Part shown: positions 40,635 through 54,219 of the stretch, one piece after another
How positions within the stretch are numbered: the stretch's first letter is position 1
Layout of the letters: each line of letters begins with the position of its first letter
Origin: Octopus sinensis
Taxonomy: Eukaryota
Length of the DNA stretch: 64,000 bases
Reading direction: 5' to 3'
Assembly (NCBI RefSeq): GCF_006345805.1
Contig: NW_021833847.1
Location: forward strand, 1-64,000
Made by a program: the position numbers and the translations under genes
Notes under the pieces: model-generated
What the model saw: only the letters and a program-made list of their open reading frames with translations
Databases searched by the model: none
What the model was told of the DNA's origin: nothing

Positions 40635-40911
40635 CAGACCGGGCTGCGTGTTGTGTTCTTGAGCAAGACACTTCATTTCACGTTGCTCCAGTTCACTCAG
40701 CTGTAGAAATGAGTTGCGACGTCACTAGTGCCAAGCTGTATCGACCTTTGTCTTTCCCTTGGATAACACTGGTGGCGTGGAGAGGGGAGGCTGGTATGTA
40801 TGGGCGACTGCTGGTCTTCCATAAACAACCTTGTCCGGACTTGTGTCTAGGAGGGTAACTTTCTAGGTGCAATCCCATGGTCATTCATGACCGAAGGGGG
40901 TCTTTACCCTT
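40635..40911 (+). mobile_element. Headless SINE: CORE-like body with a distinct tail (type D)
   Basis: gttgtgttcttgagcaagacacttcatttcacgttgctccagttcactcagctgtagaaatgagt is shared with type C, then the sequence diverges into a different ~200-bp tail. Confidence 0.75.
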
Positions 40912-40939
40912 ACGTACATACGCAAATTCTCAACAGCAA

Positions 40940-41660
40940 CAACCACCACCACCACCACCAAAACCCCACCAAGAACACTACCACGAACACAACCACTACC
41001 GTTAACATCACCACCGCCACCGCCACCACCACCACCACCATCACCACCACCAGCGCCACCAGTGCCACAACCATCACCACACCTACCACGACGACAACCA
41101 CCACCACCATCACCATGACCACAACCATCGCCACACCAACCACGACCACCACCACGACCACCATGACGACGATGACGACGACCACCACCACCAACAACAA
41201 CAACAAATCCACCACCACCAAAACCACACTCAAGAACACTACCACGAACGCAACCACTACCGTTAACATCACCACCGCCACCGCCACCACCACCACCACC
41301 ATCACCACCACCAAGCGCCACCAGTGCCACAAACCATCACACCACCTACCACGACGACAACCACCACCACCACCATCACCATGAACACAACCATCGCACC
41401 ACACCAACCACGACCACCACCACGACCACCATGACGACGATGACGACGACCACCACCACCACACAAAACAACAAATCCACCACCACCAAAACCACACTCA
41501 AGAACCTACCACGAACGCAACCACTACCGTTAACATCACCACCGCCACCGCCACCACCAACACCACCACCACCATCACCATCACCAAAACAATCACAACA
41601 CGTACCACGACCATCACAACGACGACGACAACGGAGACGACTACCTCCACCACCATGACC
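40940..41660. repeat. (ACC/ACG/AAC)-rich array with a ~265-bp higher-order tandem unit (~2.6 copies)
   Basis: Marker caagaac..accacgaac.caaccactaccgttaacatcaccaccgcc at 40970, 41231 and 41499. Confidence 0.9.
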
Positions 41661-42548
41661 ACCACCACTAATCACTCGATAAAGCTCTAATCCTGCGAAT
41701 CGTCGTGGAAATCGCATACAGAACACAATAAGAAAACGCGCGACGCAGCAATACTAATGTAGATGGTCACCAGGAAGATATATCCTTGGTGGCGCTGATG
41801 GTAGCGGTGGTGATGCTTATGATGCTGGTGATGCTGGTGATGGTAGCTGTGCTGGTGGAGCTTCCTGGTGCTGATTACTGGCGACGATGGTATTCTTGAT
41901 GGTAGTAGTAACAATGGTAGAGATGGCGCAGCTTTCGCTGTGTTCTTCAATCTGGTAGGCGGTGGATGGCGGTGGTTCGGCGCATGTAGCGTTGTTAGGT
42001 TAGTCGGCTGCCCGTTTTGTCGGTTGGCGACAATATATACATCTGCTTTAAGTATTCCTGCCAGCATATCACATCATCATCCATGCGATAATCCGCTTAA
42101 GACAGCTAATCTCTTTCGCCGATGTATGTGTAACATAATCCGCTTGTTGAATTGTTTTCGATATCAATATGATTCGATCTTTTGTTAGTGAGTTTTACGC
42201 ACAGCCTATTCCTACACGCATGCGCACACGTCTGGGCATACAATAAAATACACACACACAAAGATACCTACTTACGTGCGGATACATACGTACGTATATA
42301 CATACACTCAACATATACATTCATAGACACAGCATATATATGCATACACACATATACGTACATATAACATATACTTACATACATACATATAATTACATAC
42401 ACACAACATACATAGATATATACATACATGCACACAAACATATAAATATATATGTCCATATATGTATACATGCACATGTATGTACATGTGTCTATATATA
42501 TATTTATGTATGTATATTTTCATTTATATATATATGTATATATATATG

Positions 42549-42595
<47 letters not shown>

Positions 42596-43088
42596 CAAAC
42601 ATATACACACATACACATATATATGTGCTAAAACACACAACACATATGTATGTGTATAAGTATATATATACAAACGTACATACATACTTACACACATTCA
42701 TATATACTTACTGGCATTCACGTGCGCCACCTATGAAGGCTATCATCACATATTTCAACAAAATCTCATATCATCTCCAGATATTCTTCAATTGCATTTT
42801 CAACATTGTCATTACAGTTGTCATCATTTATCCCCTCATCGCCATCATAGTTATCAACACCATCCTCCCCAGAATCCGTGTTTCTGTTTTCTCTTCAAGC
42901 TCATCATCGTTATCATTATCATACTAATCATGGCAAACATAATGATGTCACCTCAAGGAACCGCGATACGGAAAAGTGTATCAGATCTATCAGCTGGTCG
43001 TTCAGTAGTCAGTTTACTTGATTGTGGGTCCCCTACATAGACATGCGTGTATCTCTCTATAGAAAATTCTGTCTAACGTCCTGTCTGC

Positions 43089-43175
<87 letters not shown>

Positions 43176-43176
43176 A

Positions 43177-43211
<35 letters not shown>

Positions 43212-43233
43212 CCTACCTACATACCTATCTATC

Positions 43234-43296
<63 letters not shown>

Positions 43297-43297
43297 C

Positions 43298-43336
<39 letters not shown>

Positions 43337-43419
43337 CAAAAGATATTTGAGGACATACAACTTCTGCGTCATTGCTGCATTTTTTGCAAGCCCTGTATAA
43401 TCATTGTTTCAGAAAATAA

Positions 43420-44572
43420 TAATACAAGACCCTCAACCTACTCAAGGAATTAAGTGATGTGCAGTTATTATTGTTATAAAGGCTGAGCATTTAGAAATAT
43501 CTCGAATTTTAAAATTTGCCACATCTTTCGTCTACAGAGTTTTTAAGGAACTAGAGACTGAAAATTGAAACGTACCACAAGTATCAACGCATCAAAAGCA
43601 TTCTAAACACCCTGAAACCATCAGAACCTGAATTTATCCAGCAAGTTTAACTGAGCATTGATTATAATTTCAGAAATTCGATGAGGTCAATTGCAACAGA
43701 TCTTCATGTGTTAGAAGGAACAGTCAGAAATGTTGTCCCCAAAGACACCAGATATACGTCTTATATTATAAGGAAAGGTCAATTTGCCAGAAAAAGCAAA
43801 AGAAAAGCATTACATCATATCTAAAATACTTTTAAAGAACTAAAACATCCTGCAGAAGAATATTTGATTTGGATTTTGTCAAACGAGAAAAACTTCGACG
43901 AAGATCAAATAGTTAACAGAAGAAATGATAGATGCTTATGTGCAGATCCTTCTGAAGTTCCAAGTGTTATGCATACCAAATTTCCTGCAACTGACAAGGT
44001 TTTAGGTGTTGTCAACAGTGAGGGCCATGTGATGTCTCCTTACTTGTTTCCGCAAGGCCTTAGAGTTAACTCTGTCACCTACATCGAGTTCCTGCAAATA
44101 ATTGTTAAGCACTGGATAGACGTGTATGCAATGGAAGGCCATATATGTTTCAGTAAGTCTCTCCACAATCACACATGGCTCTAGAAACACAAAAATAGAT
44201 GGCTGAAAATTTTCACAAGCACGTAGCCCTTAACATTTGGCACCCTTATTCCGCAGATCTCATTCCATTGAGCTGTTATATGTGGATTGTTGTTGAGAGA
44301 TATAGGTCAATAAACACGCGCTAACACCAAAGATACTTTGAAAGCTGCCATACTCCGACTAATATTCTAAAGAACCAGGACCACTTGATTCGAGCATGTA
44401 CATGATTTAGATCTCATATAGAAGCAGTTGTTGAAACGGAAGGTCGCTTTCTTGAATAACATAATAGGAAAGAAGATTTATAGCATATTTTGATAAATAA
44501 ATTTATCTCTTATAAATCTCTTTTTAATGAATATAAATCTAACCTATCCACAAATAATTTACGCACCCTGTA
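43420..44572 (+). mobile_element. maT (DD37D)-type Tc1/mariner transposon, pseudogenised
   Basis: MRSIATDLHV..; IWILSNEKNFDEDQIVNRRNDRCLCADPSEVPSVMHTKFPA..VLGVVNSEGHVMSPYLFPQGLRVNS..; IWHPYSADLIPLSCYMWIVVER (WPPxSPDLNPLDY-like). Right end ..ttacgcaccctg|TA followed by (TA)n. Confidence 0.85.
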
Positions 44573-44659
44573 TATATATATATATATATATATAAACACA
44601 AACATACACACATACAAACACACAGAGATTTGTTTGTATATGTTAGTGGTCGTCTACTC

Positions 44660-44930
44660 CTTATCCACAATTTGACCACCTTCTGTACCTAACCTCAGAA
44701 CCATCATGGCATCTGATGTGGCTTTCTAAACGAGACAATGTTTTGAAAAGACACCCACATAGATTGCCTATCCGATCTGGACCCCTACGTCCTGCAGTTC
44801 TCATCTTTGTGGATCTTAAAATGTCTTCTGAGGCCTCCGTTACATTTGCAGACTTTCTAGCATACATTGCATTGACAGGTGAGCACAGATATATAGGCAG
44901 AATAGTTGGTAGAGGTTCGTTTTCCATGGG
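44660..44930 (-). mobile_element. RTE-clade LINE 3' end
   Basis: ..RSTKMRTAGRR..LCGCLFKTLSRLESHIRCH: a basic stretch plus a terminal Cys/His finger typical of RTE ORF ends. Confidence 0.55.
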
Positions 44931-44940
44931 TTCGCAAGTA

Positions 44941-44975
<35 letters not shown>

Positions 44976-46023
44976 TATATCGAGGATATTTCACTTGTTG
45001 GGAAATATTTACTATTCGTGCACAGAATAGTAAATATATCCTCATTCACTAAACAACTTTTAGTTAACTCCGGAACAAATCCTTTCGAAATTAGGGTTTT
45101 AATAATTATTTTTAAACATTGTGCTCACTAAATATAACGGCTAATCTATTTTACGGAATCGTATGTGAAATCATATATTTGGTACCTATCAACTAAGAAA
45201 TGGATTCTCTATCCTTGAAATTAGATCGAAAAGGAAGGCAAAAGAAAATGGATAATATAATGTATTTCGTGGTTAGCAGCTCACACATTTTTAAAGAAGA
45301 ATATGAAATAAATAAATATACCTTATTGATAATTTGTGGTTTACGCTCATCTAAAAAAATGTAATAATACAAATATAAAAATTGACAAGATTCTGAGATG
45401 CAGTTAATGCTCATCTTCTGTTAAAAGTGATAAAAAATATGCGCACATGAACGTATAACTACAGAAACACACACAGACACACAAACAGACACACACACGA
45501 ATACACGCATACGCATTCACACACACACACACGTGCCACACACAACACTTACGAATCTATGTGAATCTGTTTTCACACGAATGTTATATATATGTGTTAT
45601 CTGCCTCTTATTAAAGACAGCTAATGATTTGTTAATTACAAATTGCGGTCATTCATTTTTGTATTTATTATTTAGGGCATTTATTTTCGTGTTGGATATA
45701 ATATATTGAAATGCTAATAATTATGGAGTTAATTTTTCACGAAATATCACAAATAGTCGGAATTATCAATATTTAGAAAAAAAAAAATTAAAGTAACTCT
45801 ATTATGATATTCATTAAAACATACACACCCAACAACACATTTCCAAGATATATAATTTTTTTCAAAGCATATGTAACTATGTACGTACGTGTGAATGAAT
45901 ACACGTATGCATGGCTGTATGTAACCATTATTATTATCATTATTATCATTATTATCATTATTAGTGTTACTGTAATTGTTGTTACCATCGTACTCATCAT
46001 CATTATTATTATTGTTGTTGTTG

Positions 46024-46068
<45 letters not shown>

Positions 46069-46103
46069 TATTATTATTATTATTATATTATTATATTATT
46101 ATA

Positions 46104-46146
<43 letters not shown>

Positions 46147-46157
46147 TATTATTATTT

Positions 46158-46192
<35 letters not shown>

Positions 46193-47058
46193 TATATATT
46201 ATTATTATTGTCGTTGTTGTTGTTTTTTCTATTTTCAACACTATTCTTTGTTCCACGGTATATTTACCTCTTCACTTTCTCTTCCATAGGTATAACATCA
46301 ACCACACCCGTACGCACACACACACACACACACCACAGAAACCCACACACTCACACACTCACGGATACACACATTTAAAAAGCCCTCACAAAAGACCGTT
46401 TCATTGATGTTGTCCCCTACTTCGTATTAGCAGGGTTTTTCTTCGCTATTACACTGAAAGGGCTTCTGATTCGACCTGATTTTTGTCAAGGCTATACCTT
46501 GCCTCACATTAAGGATTAGTGGTAGCTTGGCTTTGTTTTCTTGCCTTCATATGCTTATCCTTTTTTTCTTTTGTTCGTTTGAAAATAAAATTTCCAACGA
46601 AAGGTTTAAAAAGAGTTCTTTCAATTTTCTCATGTTATATTGACAGACTTTCTTTTATTCTACAGTTCTATGACATTCGTTTTTACAAACATCTGAATAT
46701 ATTATATACGTTTATGCATATGCATACATATGTATATACATATGTACACGTCAATAAATATATATACACGATGTGTGTGTATATGTATATTTATATATAT
46801 ATATGTATACATATGTGTGTGTATATGTATGTATATATATATATATATTATATATACATATATATACGTATATATATATACGTATATATATATACGTATG
46901 TAAATATACATACATGCATATATATATATATATGCATGTAAACATATATTCGATGATACAGTGTGGTATACATATATTCCTGCACACATCCCAATGTCGT
47001 TCTTCACGCGCGCCCGCTTATATATGTATGTATATACACATATATATCTATATCTATA

Positions 47059-47096
<38 letters not shown>

Positions 47097-47845
47097 AATA
47101 CATATATGTTGTTATAACTACTATTATTATATTATATTATTATCATTATTATTATTATTATTGTTATTATTTTTATTACTATTATTATCATCATTATCAT
47201 TATTATTCACAGCGTGGAAATAGCCTCGTCAACAGACATTTTAGTAAATCCTTAAAACAAATGGCAATTAGCATCCATTCATGAGAGCATACGAGAATAA
47301 AATAAAGCAAAAAAAAAAAAGAAAAGATTATATTATACACAAAACACAAAATGAAATAATATACAATGCGCCCTGAGGCATTTTCCATCTTTAAATCAGT
47401 TTTACTTTCCAAGCTGAGACACATTTGCCACAGCGCTTCTGATGTAAGTGCCTGTCTTAATTACAAGAAGACTACATAGATGTATATTTGTCCGCCAGGC
47501 GAGTTGCAGCTGATGAATTCAATAATTACAAAGCAAGCAAGTTTTTCTGTGGTTTTGCCTAATAACTCATTTACCAAACTAGCTATCTGCATTCCAACAT
47601 CACACGACTAAACCGAAATCAAACCGCAGTCTAAAACCAGTTCCATCCTCCTTCGTTAACATTTTTTTTTCTAATTTTGTTGAGGTTGATGTTTCTTGTT
47701 TTTTTTTTTCAAATATTTTTTTCGATCTTTTTCATTTTTTTTTTCGTATTTTGTCCGTTTTCTAGGTTTTCTCTTTTTTGTTTCGTAGTTGTTGTTTTTT
47801 TACCTCTCTATTTGCGCCGGTGTTAGTTTATTAAAAGCTCTTCAG

Positions 47846-47889
<44 letters not shown>

Positions 47890-48535
47890 GTACATACACA
47901 CGCAAACACACACTGACACACATATATGAATGTGTATATATATACATATATATATATACACACACACAAACATATATATATATATATATATATATACAAA
48001 CACATATATACATATGTCTATATATATGCAACTATATACATGTATATATTTCATTATAGAATGATAGATGCGCATGCGTTTGACACCATCAATGTACTCT
48101 TACTTCTTCCTTTCACCGGGGCAAGATGGGATCTCTTATGTCTTAATTTATATGATCCGAATAAAATTGGCGTAGGTGTAATTAATGTCACATGAGAAGG
48201 ATATATATTTATTAACGAAATTATGATTATTAGACAAACCCTTGCAATCTCAAATCGTCCGTGTGCATGCGCGCGCACACACACACACACATACACTGTT
48301 TTTTATTGGCAGTAATTTTTTTTCTTGCTTGCTTGTTTCAGGCATTAGGATTCGGCCCAACTTGAGTAAGGTTTTCAAGTACCTTCAGCTCAACAAATCT
48401 GCGCTGATACCTGTATTTCATTTTAAGTCTTGTTACTCATCCTAGACACCTCCTTTGTCAAACTGCACAATCAGGTGCTCTAATCAAACCAACACCGATT
48501 GCCAAACGGTGTGGGTTTCCCCTTGCCAAACATAC

Positions 48536-48580
<45 letters not shown>

Positions 48581-48586
<6 letters not shown>

Positions 48587-48869
48587 ATCACGTGAACGAC
48601 CAGACCATCAGATGTTGTTACACATCGCTGGTCACAATGCGTTCGCATTGTTTTAGCCTTCGAATGACGCCACTCCGCTGGCTAAGCGAGCAGGCCAACA
48701 GAAGAAAGAGTGGGAGAAAGAGTGGTGAAAGAGTACGGCAGGGATCACCACTGCCGGAGCTTCGTGGAGCTTTTAGGTGTTATCGCTCAATACGCCCGGT
48801 CTGGGAATCGAAACCGCGATCCTGCGACCGCGAGTCCGCTGCCCTAACCACTAGGCCATTGCGCCTCCA
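48581..48869 (-). mobile_element. SINE type B with an alternative tail (tail 2)
   Basis: Same head and body as 20375-20756, but continues ttggcctgctcgcttagccagcggagtggcgtcattcgaaggc..tcacgtgatcacgtg. Confidence 0.85.
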
Positions 48870-48870
48870 T

Positions 48871-48902
<32 letters not shown>

Positions 48903-48915
48903 TATATATATATAT

Positions 48916-48957
<42 letters not shown>

Positions 48958-48972
48958 ATATGTATATATATA

Positions 48973-49026
<54 letters not shown>

Positions 49027-49081
49027 ATATGTATATATGTATGTATATATGTATATATATATATATATATATATGTATATA

Positions 49082-49330
49082 GTGGAGGCGGGTAGCTTAT
49101 TGGCTATGGTGTCAGCAACATGATCGTAAGATTGTGGTTTCGATTCCTTGACCAGGCGACGCGTTGTGTTCTTGAGCAAGACACTTCGTTTCACGTTGCT
49201 CCAGTCCACTCAGCTGGCAAAAATGAGTAACGCTGCGATGGACTGGCGTCTTGTCCAGCTGGGGAACACATACGCCATAGAAGCCAGGAAACTGGGCCCA
49301 TGAGCCTGGATAGGCTTTAAAAGGGCGCAT
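49082..49330 (+). mobile_element. SINE type C (tRNA head, CORE-like body, V-like block, tail)
   Basis: gtggaggcgggtagc head, ttgtgttcttgagcaagacactt..ccagtccactcagctggcaaaaatgagt, gctgcgatggactggcgtcttgtccag and aaagggcgcatttatt tail. Confidence 0.85.
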
Positions 49331-49884
49331 TTATTTCTATTTATTATATATGTATTTGTGTGTGTGCATAAATGTATGTAAGACTTTTCCATAAGCTAAT
49401 AATTCAATACTGTAATTCGATGAATAATTTCATAAAAGTCAGGAAACTACCTTGTATTTCGCTTTGTTTGAAAAAAAATTCACCCCGCCACCACCAATTA
49501 AGAAATCGATCACCACTTTTGACCCAAATCATGCAAAATTCTAGGAGGGGTGTCAACTTTGGTGTGCTGACTCAATGCAATGTAGAAATAGAATATCTGA
49601 TATTTCAGTTTTCTAGTTGAATTAGTTTCGGAGTTATGGGCTTTTTAAACTATAACCACTAGGTGGCACTAGATTCACACTTCAGTATTTCTGCTGCCTA
49701 AATCCTTTAAACGCAAGATAAATGTGGAATAAAAGTGTATTTATACATTTCTAAGATTACTAAATTGAAATTGCTCTTTGCATTCGATAACATACAAAAT
49801 TGAAAACAATATTAAGTCGTAACTTTATTGGTTTAATTCCAATTTTGAATAGCTGCTTAAGAAAAGGGTGCTGAATGTTAGCAA

Positions 49885-50620
49885 TTTTTTAAAAATAGCA
49901 ATGAATTAATGTTTTGTTAGATAAAATAAATCGAAACTGAATTTGCTCCTTCTTTTTACAAACATCATAAGGATTTTGAAGGCACTTGATTGCCCGTTCT
50001 GCATTCTGATTTGTTCTGGGAATTTCCCGTTTTGATGTTTCCCGTCTCCAAAAGATTTTTACTGAGTTCAATGCTTTTTTATGAACTTGCAGGTTACCAC
50101 ATAACTTCTGATAATTACGTGCATATAATATTTCGTCAGTATACCAAAAATCTGCCCAGCTGTAAGAAATGAATCGACAAACATCGAGAAGCAAAACTCT
50201 TTTCTCTGGTAGAAGAATAGATGCCAAAAGAGCTCGTATCGCTCGAGAATTCCATGTTGCTTTAGTTAAGTTGGGTATTTTTTGAAACTTTACAGTAGGA
50301 AATTTGCCGGTTGCTTCAAAGAAATGAAAAACTCTGTTTTAATGAAACAGAAAGTTCATGTCATCTCGCCATCCAGCTGATTCAGCAATCTTACCATTGT
50401 TAACCACATGGTATATAGAAAAGGTGTAAAACTTTCGGGGGAAAGTAATGATTTACCTGGCACACAGGTAAGTACAGTAAGAATTTTTCAGTAAAGGCAC
50501 AAACATGTTCTTTGGTAACAATAAATGTATCAATTTGCTGCTGGAGCGTGGGAAGATAAAACAGAGTCAAAGAATTAAACGGTGAAATAATCATGAAATG
50601 AAAAGATTAGAAGAAAGACA
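49885..50620 (-). mobile_element. DNA transposase C-terminal remnant, hAT-like
   Basis: GKIAESAGWRDDMNFLFH*..FPTVKFQKIPNLTKATWNSRAIRALLASILLPE..IPRTNQNAERAIKCLQ..CKKKEQIQFRFILSNK. The WNS and NAER motifs resemble the hAT RW and terminal-E regions; the family call is tentative. Confidence 0.5.
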
Positions 50621-50859
50621 AGGATACACGTATAAAGTTTAAGTAGTTCAGGAGTTATAGAGTTTTTAATTTGTTACCACTTGGCCCCTACTTTAGGAAA
50701 TATTCTCTTCCTGTCTTTTTCGTTTCTGTGGCGCTAAAAATAGAGAACTAAAGGAAACAATTTCAAAGGACAACTTCATTAGGATCAAGTCGATACTCTG
50801 AAATCTAAGTTAAATTCTAGAATCATTGTAAAGACAATAAAATCAACGGCTGTATCAAT

Positions 50860-51300
50860 TGTGACGTATGTGGTAGGTCATGTGAAATGGAACAAAGTCG
50901 AACTGTAAGATATTAACAGAAAATCTCGGAAAATCATGACAATTAGCAATGCTTTGTATGAATGGGCAGATGTGGAGAGACTCTACACGAAACGTAAAAA
51001 TGGAACAATGGGGATTGGTCAATGTGCAGGATTGTGTGAAATTGGAAATGAAAATCAGTATGATAATATGATAAGGAAAGCACTGAAGATTTCCTGGCAC
51101 CAGTAAACGATGCAGACATACTAGGAGGAGGACAAGCAAAATATGAAGTGCGTGAAAAGAGCAAAAATATATGGAAAATAGTTGCATCATCAGTTTATGA
51201 AGAATACTGTAGCAGAAAGGGAGGAAGATATTTCGAATAAGTTGAAAAATGGGAATTCTCAAGAAGAAACAAACACAAAAACACGCAAGCGGATTAACTA
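50860..51300 (+). mobile_element. R4/Dong RT thumb/post-RT fragment
   Basis: DINRKSRKIMTISNALYEWADVERLYTKRKNG..LVNVQDCVKLE..LHHQFMKNT, matching DRKTRK..DvdRLY..R..GGRGL and LHGQF. Confidence 0.6.
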
Positions 51301-51694
51301 TGGCATATCAAAAGATGTGGTAGTATTGACAGAAAGTTTGGGAAGCCTGGCATCTTCGTATTTTGACAAGTTTAGAGAGAGATAGAGAGGTGCTCCATTT
51401 TAGTTTCTTGAAGAATATTTCTATCAGATTCTCAAAACTGCTGAGGTTGAAAGGTCATACTCTATTTAGTTTGTTTTAAGAGGAAGTAAACTAGAACAAC
51501 ACGTTTTTGATATTTCGGTTATGACATTTTAAACCGGGCCTTTTCATCGAATTACACGAGGTGCTTTACACATAGTGAGGAACCTTCGCATATTTGAAAT
51601 ATTTATTGTTATATCATTTGTATTTCTTATTTGTGTTGTATTTCGCCCCTGTATGAAACTCACTACCTTAAAAGTGTGTGGCCAATTAAGGACA

Positions 51695-51776
<82 letters not shown>

Positions 51777-51802
51777 TATTATTATTATTATTACTATTAT
51801 TA

Positions 51803-51878
<76 letters not shown>

Positions 51879-51920
51879 CATTATTATTATTATTATTACT
51901 ATTATTATTATTATTATTAC

Positions 51921-51959
<39 letters not shown>

Positions 51960-51964
51960 TATTA

Positions 51965-52017
<53 letters not shown>

Positions 52018-52020
52018 GTT
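51695..52020. repeat. (ATT)n array
   Basis: About 325 bp, seen directly. It explains the poly-L/I ORFs. Confidence 0.95.
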
Positions 52021-53204
52021 GGTGTTGTTGTTGTCATTGTTGTTGTTGTTCTTCTTCTGTTTCTTCTTCTTCTTTTTAGTGATGGTGTTCTTAACGTTCT
52101 TTTATATTAATGTTGTTATTTGCATCTCAAGGTGAGTGAACCAAATTATTTTCGAGGACTTGCGATTTAGAAAAAAGTTTGATTTTATGTCAGATTTGAC
52201 ATTGTTGTGTTTGTGAAGTACGATTTGGTGTGTGTACGTGAGTGAGTGTGTGTGTGTGTGTGTGTGTTGTTTCTGAATGCCCTTGAGTATGTGTGTGCAT
52301 CGGACTGATGAGTATCTTTTAGATGGTGTAAAATTGGTTTATTGCGTGTGTTTTGGTATGTGAGGGGAATCAATCTAGAAAAATATAATTTTGCAAGTCT
52401 CACTTTATTTATCATGTTTGCAATTACGGCATTCATAGAGATGACGGTAACTAGAAGCTCTTACAATATACTAGCAACTGCCACGGTTCCTAAATTATTA
52501 CATAAAATATAAAACAGAAAATAAAATTAAGAAAATAACTAGTAATGAACCATCATATATATTAGGCTTCCAAAATGACAAGAAAAAATGCAGCAAAATT
52601 ATTAAGATAAACAGTGGCGGGAGTAATTTCGATGGATTTCTGAGCCTCTGGAAGCTAATCCTTCTAAACCAGACTCATAAAAATAAGCACGTGGAAGTTA
52701 TGTGTTACCAACTACAGTTATTGAGAAGAAGAAATATTGTGCCTCTAAGAAGTGCTAATTAGAAAATCATCTGAGATGTGTTTTAAAGAGGTATCCGTTT
52801 CAAAAGACTGGAGAAGGGTTTATGGGAATGGCTAATAAGTAGTTAGAACGAAATGAAACGGTTTCAACGGGTGAAGTTAGTATGGCACATTTAGTGACTG
52901 GTTCCGCAATATACGGAATGGTGAAGAAACAAGATTATTTGAAATGACGATTCTGCGTAAATAAGGATCTAAGGAAATCGTCATTATTGAAATGCAGTGG
53001 GAGCATATGGTCACCGAAGGGTTTCGATTTTAAGGCATATCCCTCTAATATTTATGTTCTCCTGGTCAGACAGCATTTTTAAGTGGCCTTAATCTGCATC
53101 CATTCGTATAGCTGCTTCATTCTGTTTGTGCTCACTTTCTCCACCCTTGGACAATTTTGCTCTCTTATTTATCAAAAAGTCCAATTCTAAAGGGGCGAAA
53201 CAAA

Positions 53205-53231
53205 CCCGAGCAACCCGGGTGATACTGCTAT
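53205..53231 (+). mobile_element. Isolated Helitron 3' terminus
   Basis: CCCGAGCAACCCGGG hairpin followed by tgatactgCTAT, nearly identical to 16821-16848. Confidence 0.45.
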
Positions 53232-54219
53232 TATGGATTATAAAGTCATTTACGTCGTCGTCGTAGACTCGTCGTTTCAGTAGGTTTTGTAGCCTTAATC
53301 GTCGTTTTGTGGTAAGAGCATTCGTTATGGTTATCATGGTGGCAGTGATCGTCATCATCGTGGACGCGATATTTGTCACTATCTTTGACGTTATTCAACA
53401 CACTGCTGGCTGTTCTGACGCTTTCTACTCTGTGTGTTATATGCTCGTGTAGAACGACTCGAAGTCAATAACGTTAAACGGTAAGCGGCCGGTGACAGAT
53501 GGGACGTACGGAGCCGAGTTATATATCTTCGTAGGAGGCCGTATTGCTATGCATTTGCTACAACAATATTTCACTTGTTATGGCGGTCATTAGTTTAGTG
53601 CAAGTAAATAGAAAAAAAATGTTTATGCAAATAATATTTGGCAGTTTATTATATTTTTCTTAGATATACTAGAAAGTTAGACACATGAAATAAAGAGTTA
53701 TTTAAAATATTTATTGGTATTGGTGAGAAACATGTCAGTTAATTGCGAGCACCCTTTCGAGAGATTTACCATGTCTAACGCTTTTCTTTATGTTTTTTAT
53801 TTGTGTTTAGATAGTCTTGTGAAAAGAGTGAAAGTTGTCCCAAACTTTCATTTGCCTTAGATTATGTACATGCATGACTACAAAAATAAATACACACACT
53901 CATACATACATACATACATATATACATACATGCATGCATCATGCATACATACATACATACATACACACACACATATTTGTGAGTCTGCGCTTGTGTTGTA
54001 TATATATATATATATATACACGCTACGTAGGTGCGTGTCTGTATTTTTGTAAGTTTATGTCCGATACGTATACAGATGCATGTGTGTATATATATATATC
54101 GCAATATGTCTATCTCTCCTCTCTGTCTCTCACTCTCATCTCCCTCTCTCTTTCTCTCTCTCTATCTCTCTATTATCTATATTTATATATATATATATAT
54201 ATATATATAATATGTATAT

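Noticed and set aside
44680-44760. Cys/His motif suggesting a C2H2 zinc-finger gene
   Set aside because: It is a single terminal finger after a basic stretch, which is typical of RTE LINE ends rather than a tandem ZNF gene.
52080-52131. Plus-strand 52-nt candidate exon with good splice sites (MVFLTFFYINVVICIS)
   Set aside because: It lies in the decaying edge of an (ATT)/(GTT)/(CTT) array, which supplies both the pyrimidine tract and the hydrophobic codons.
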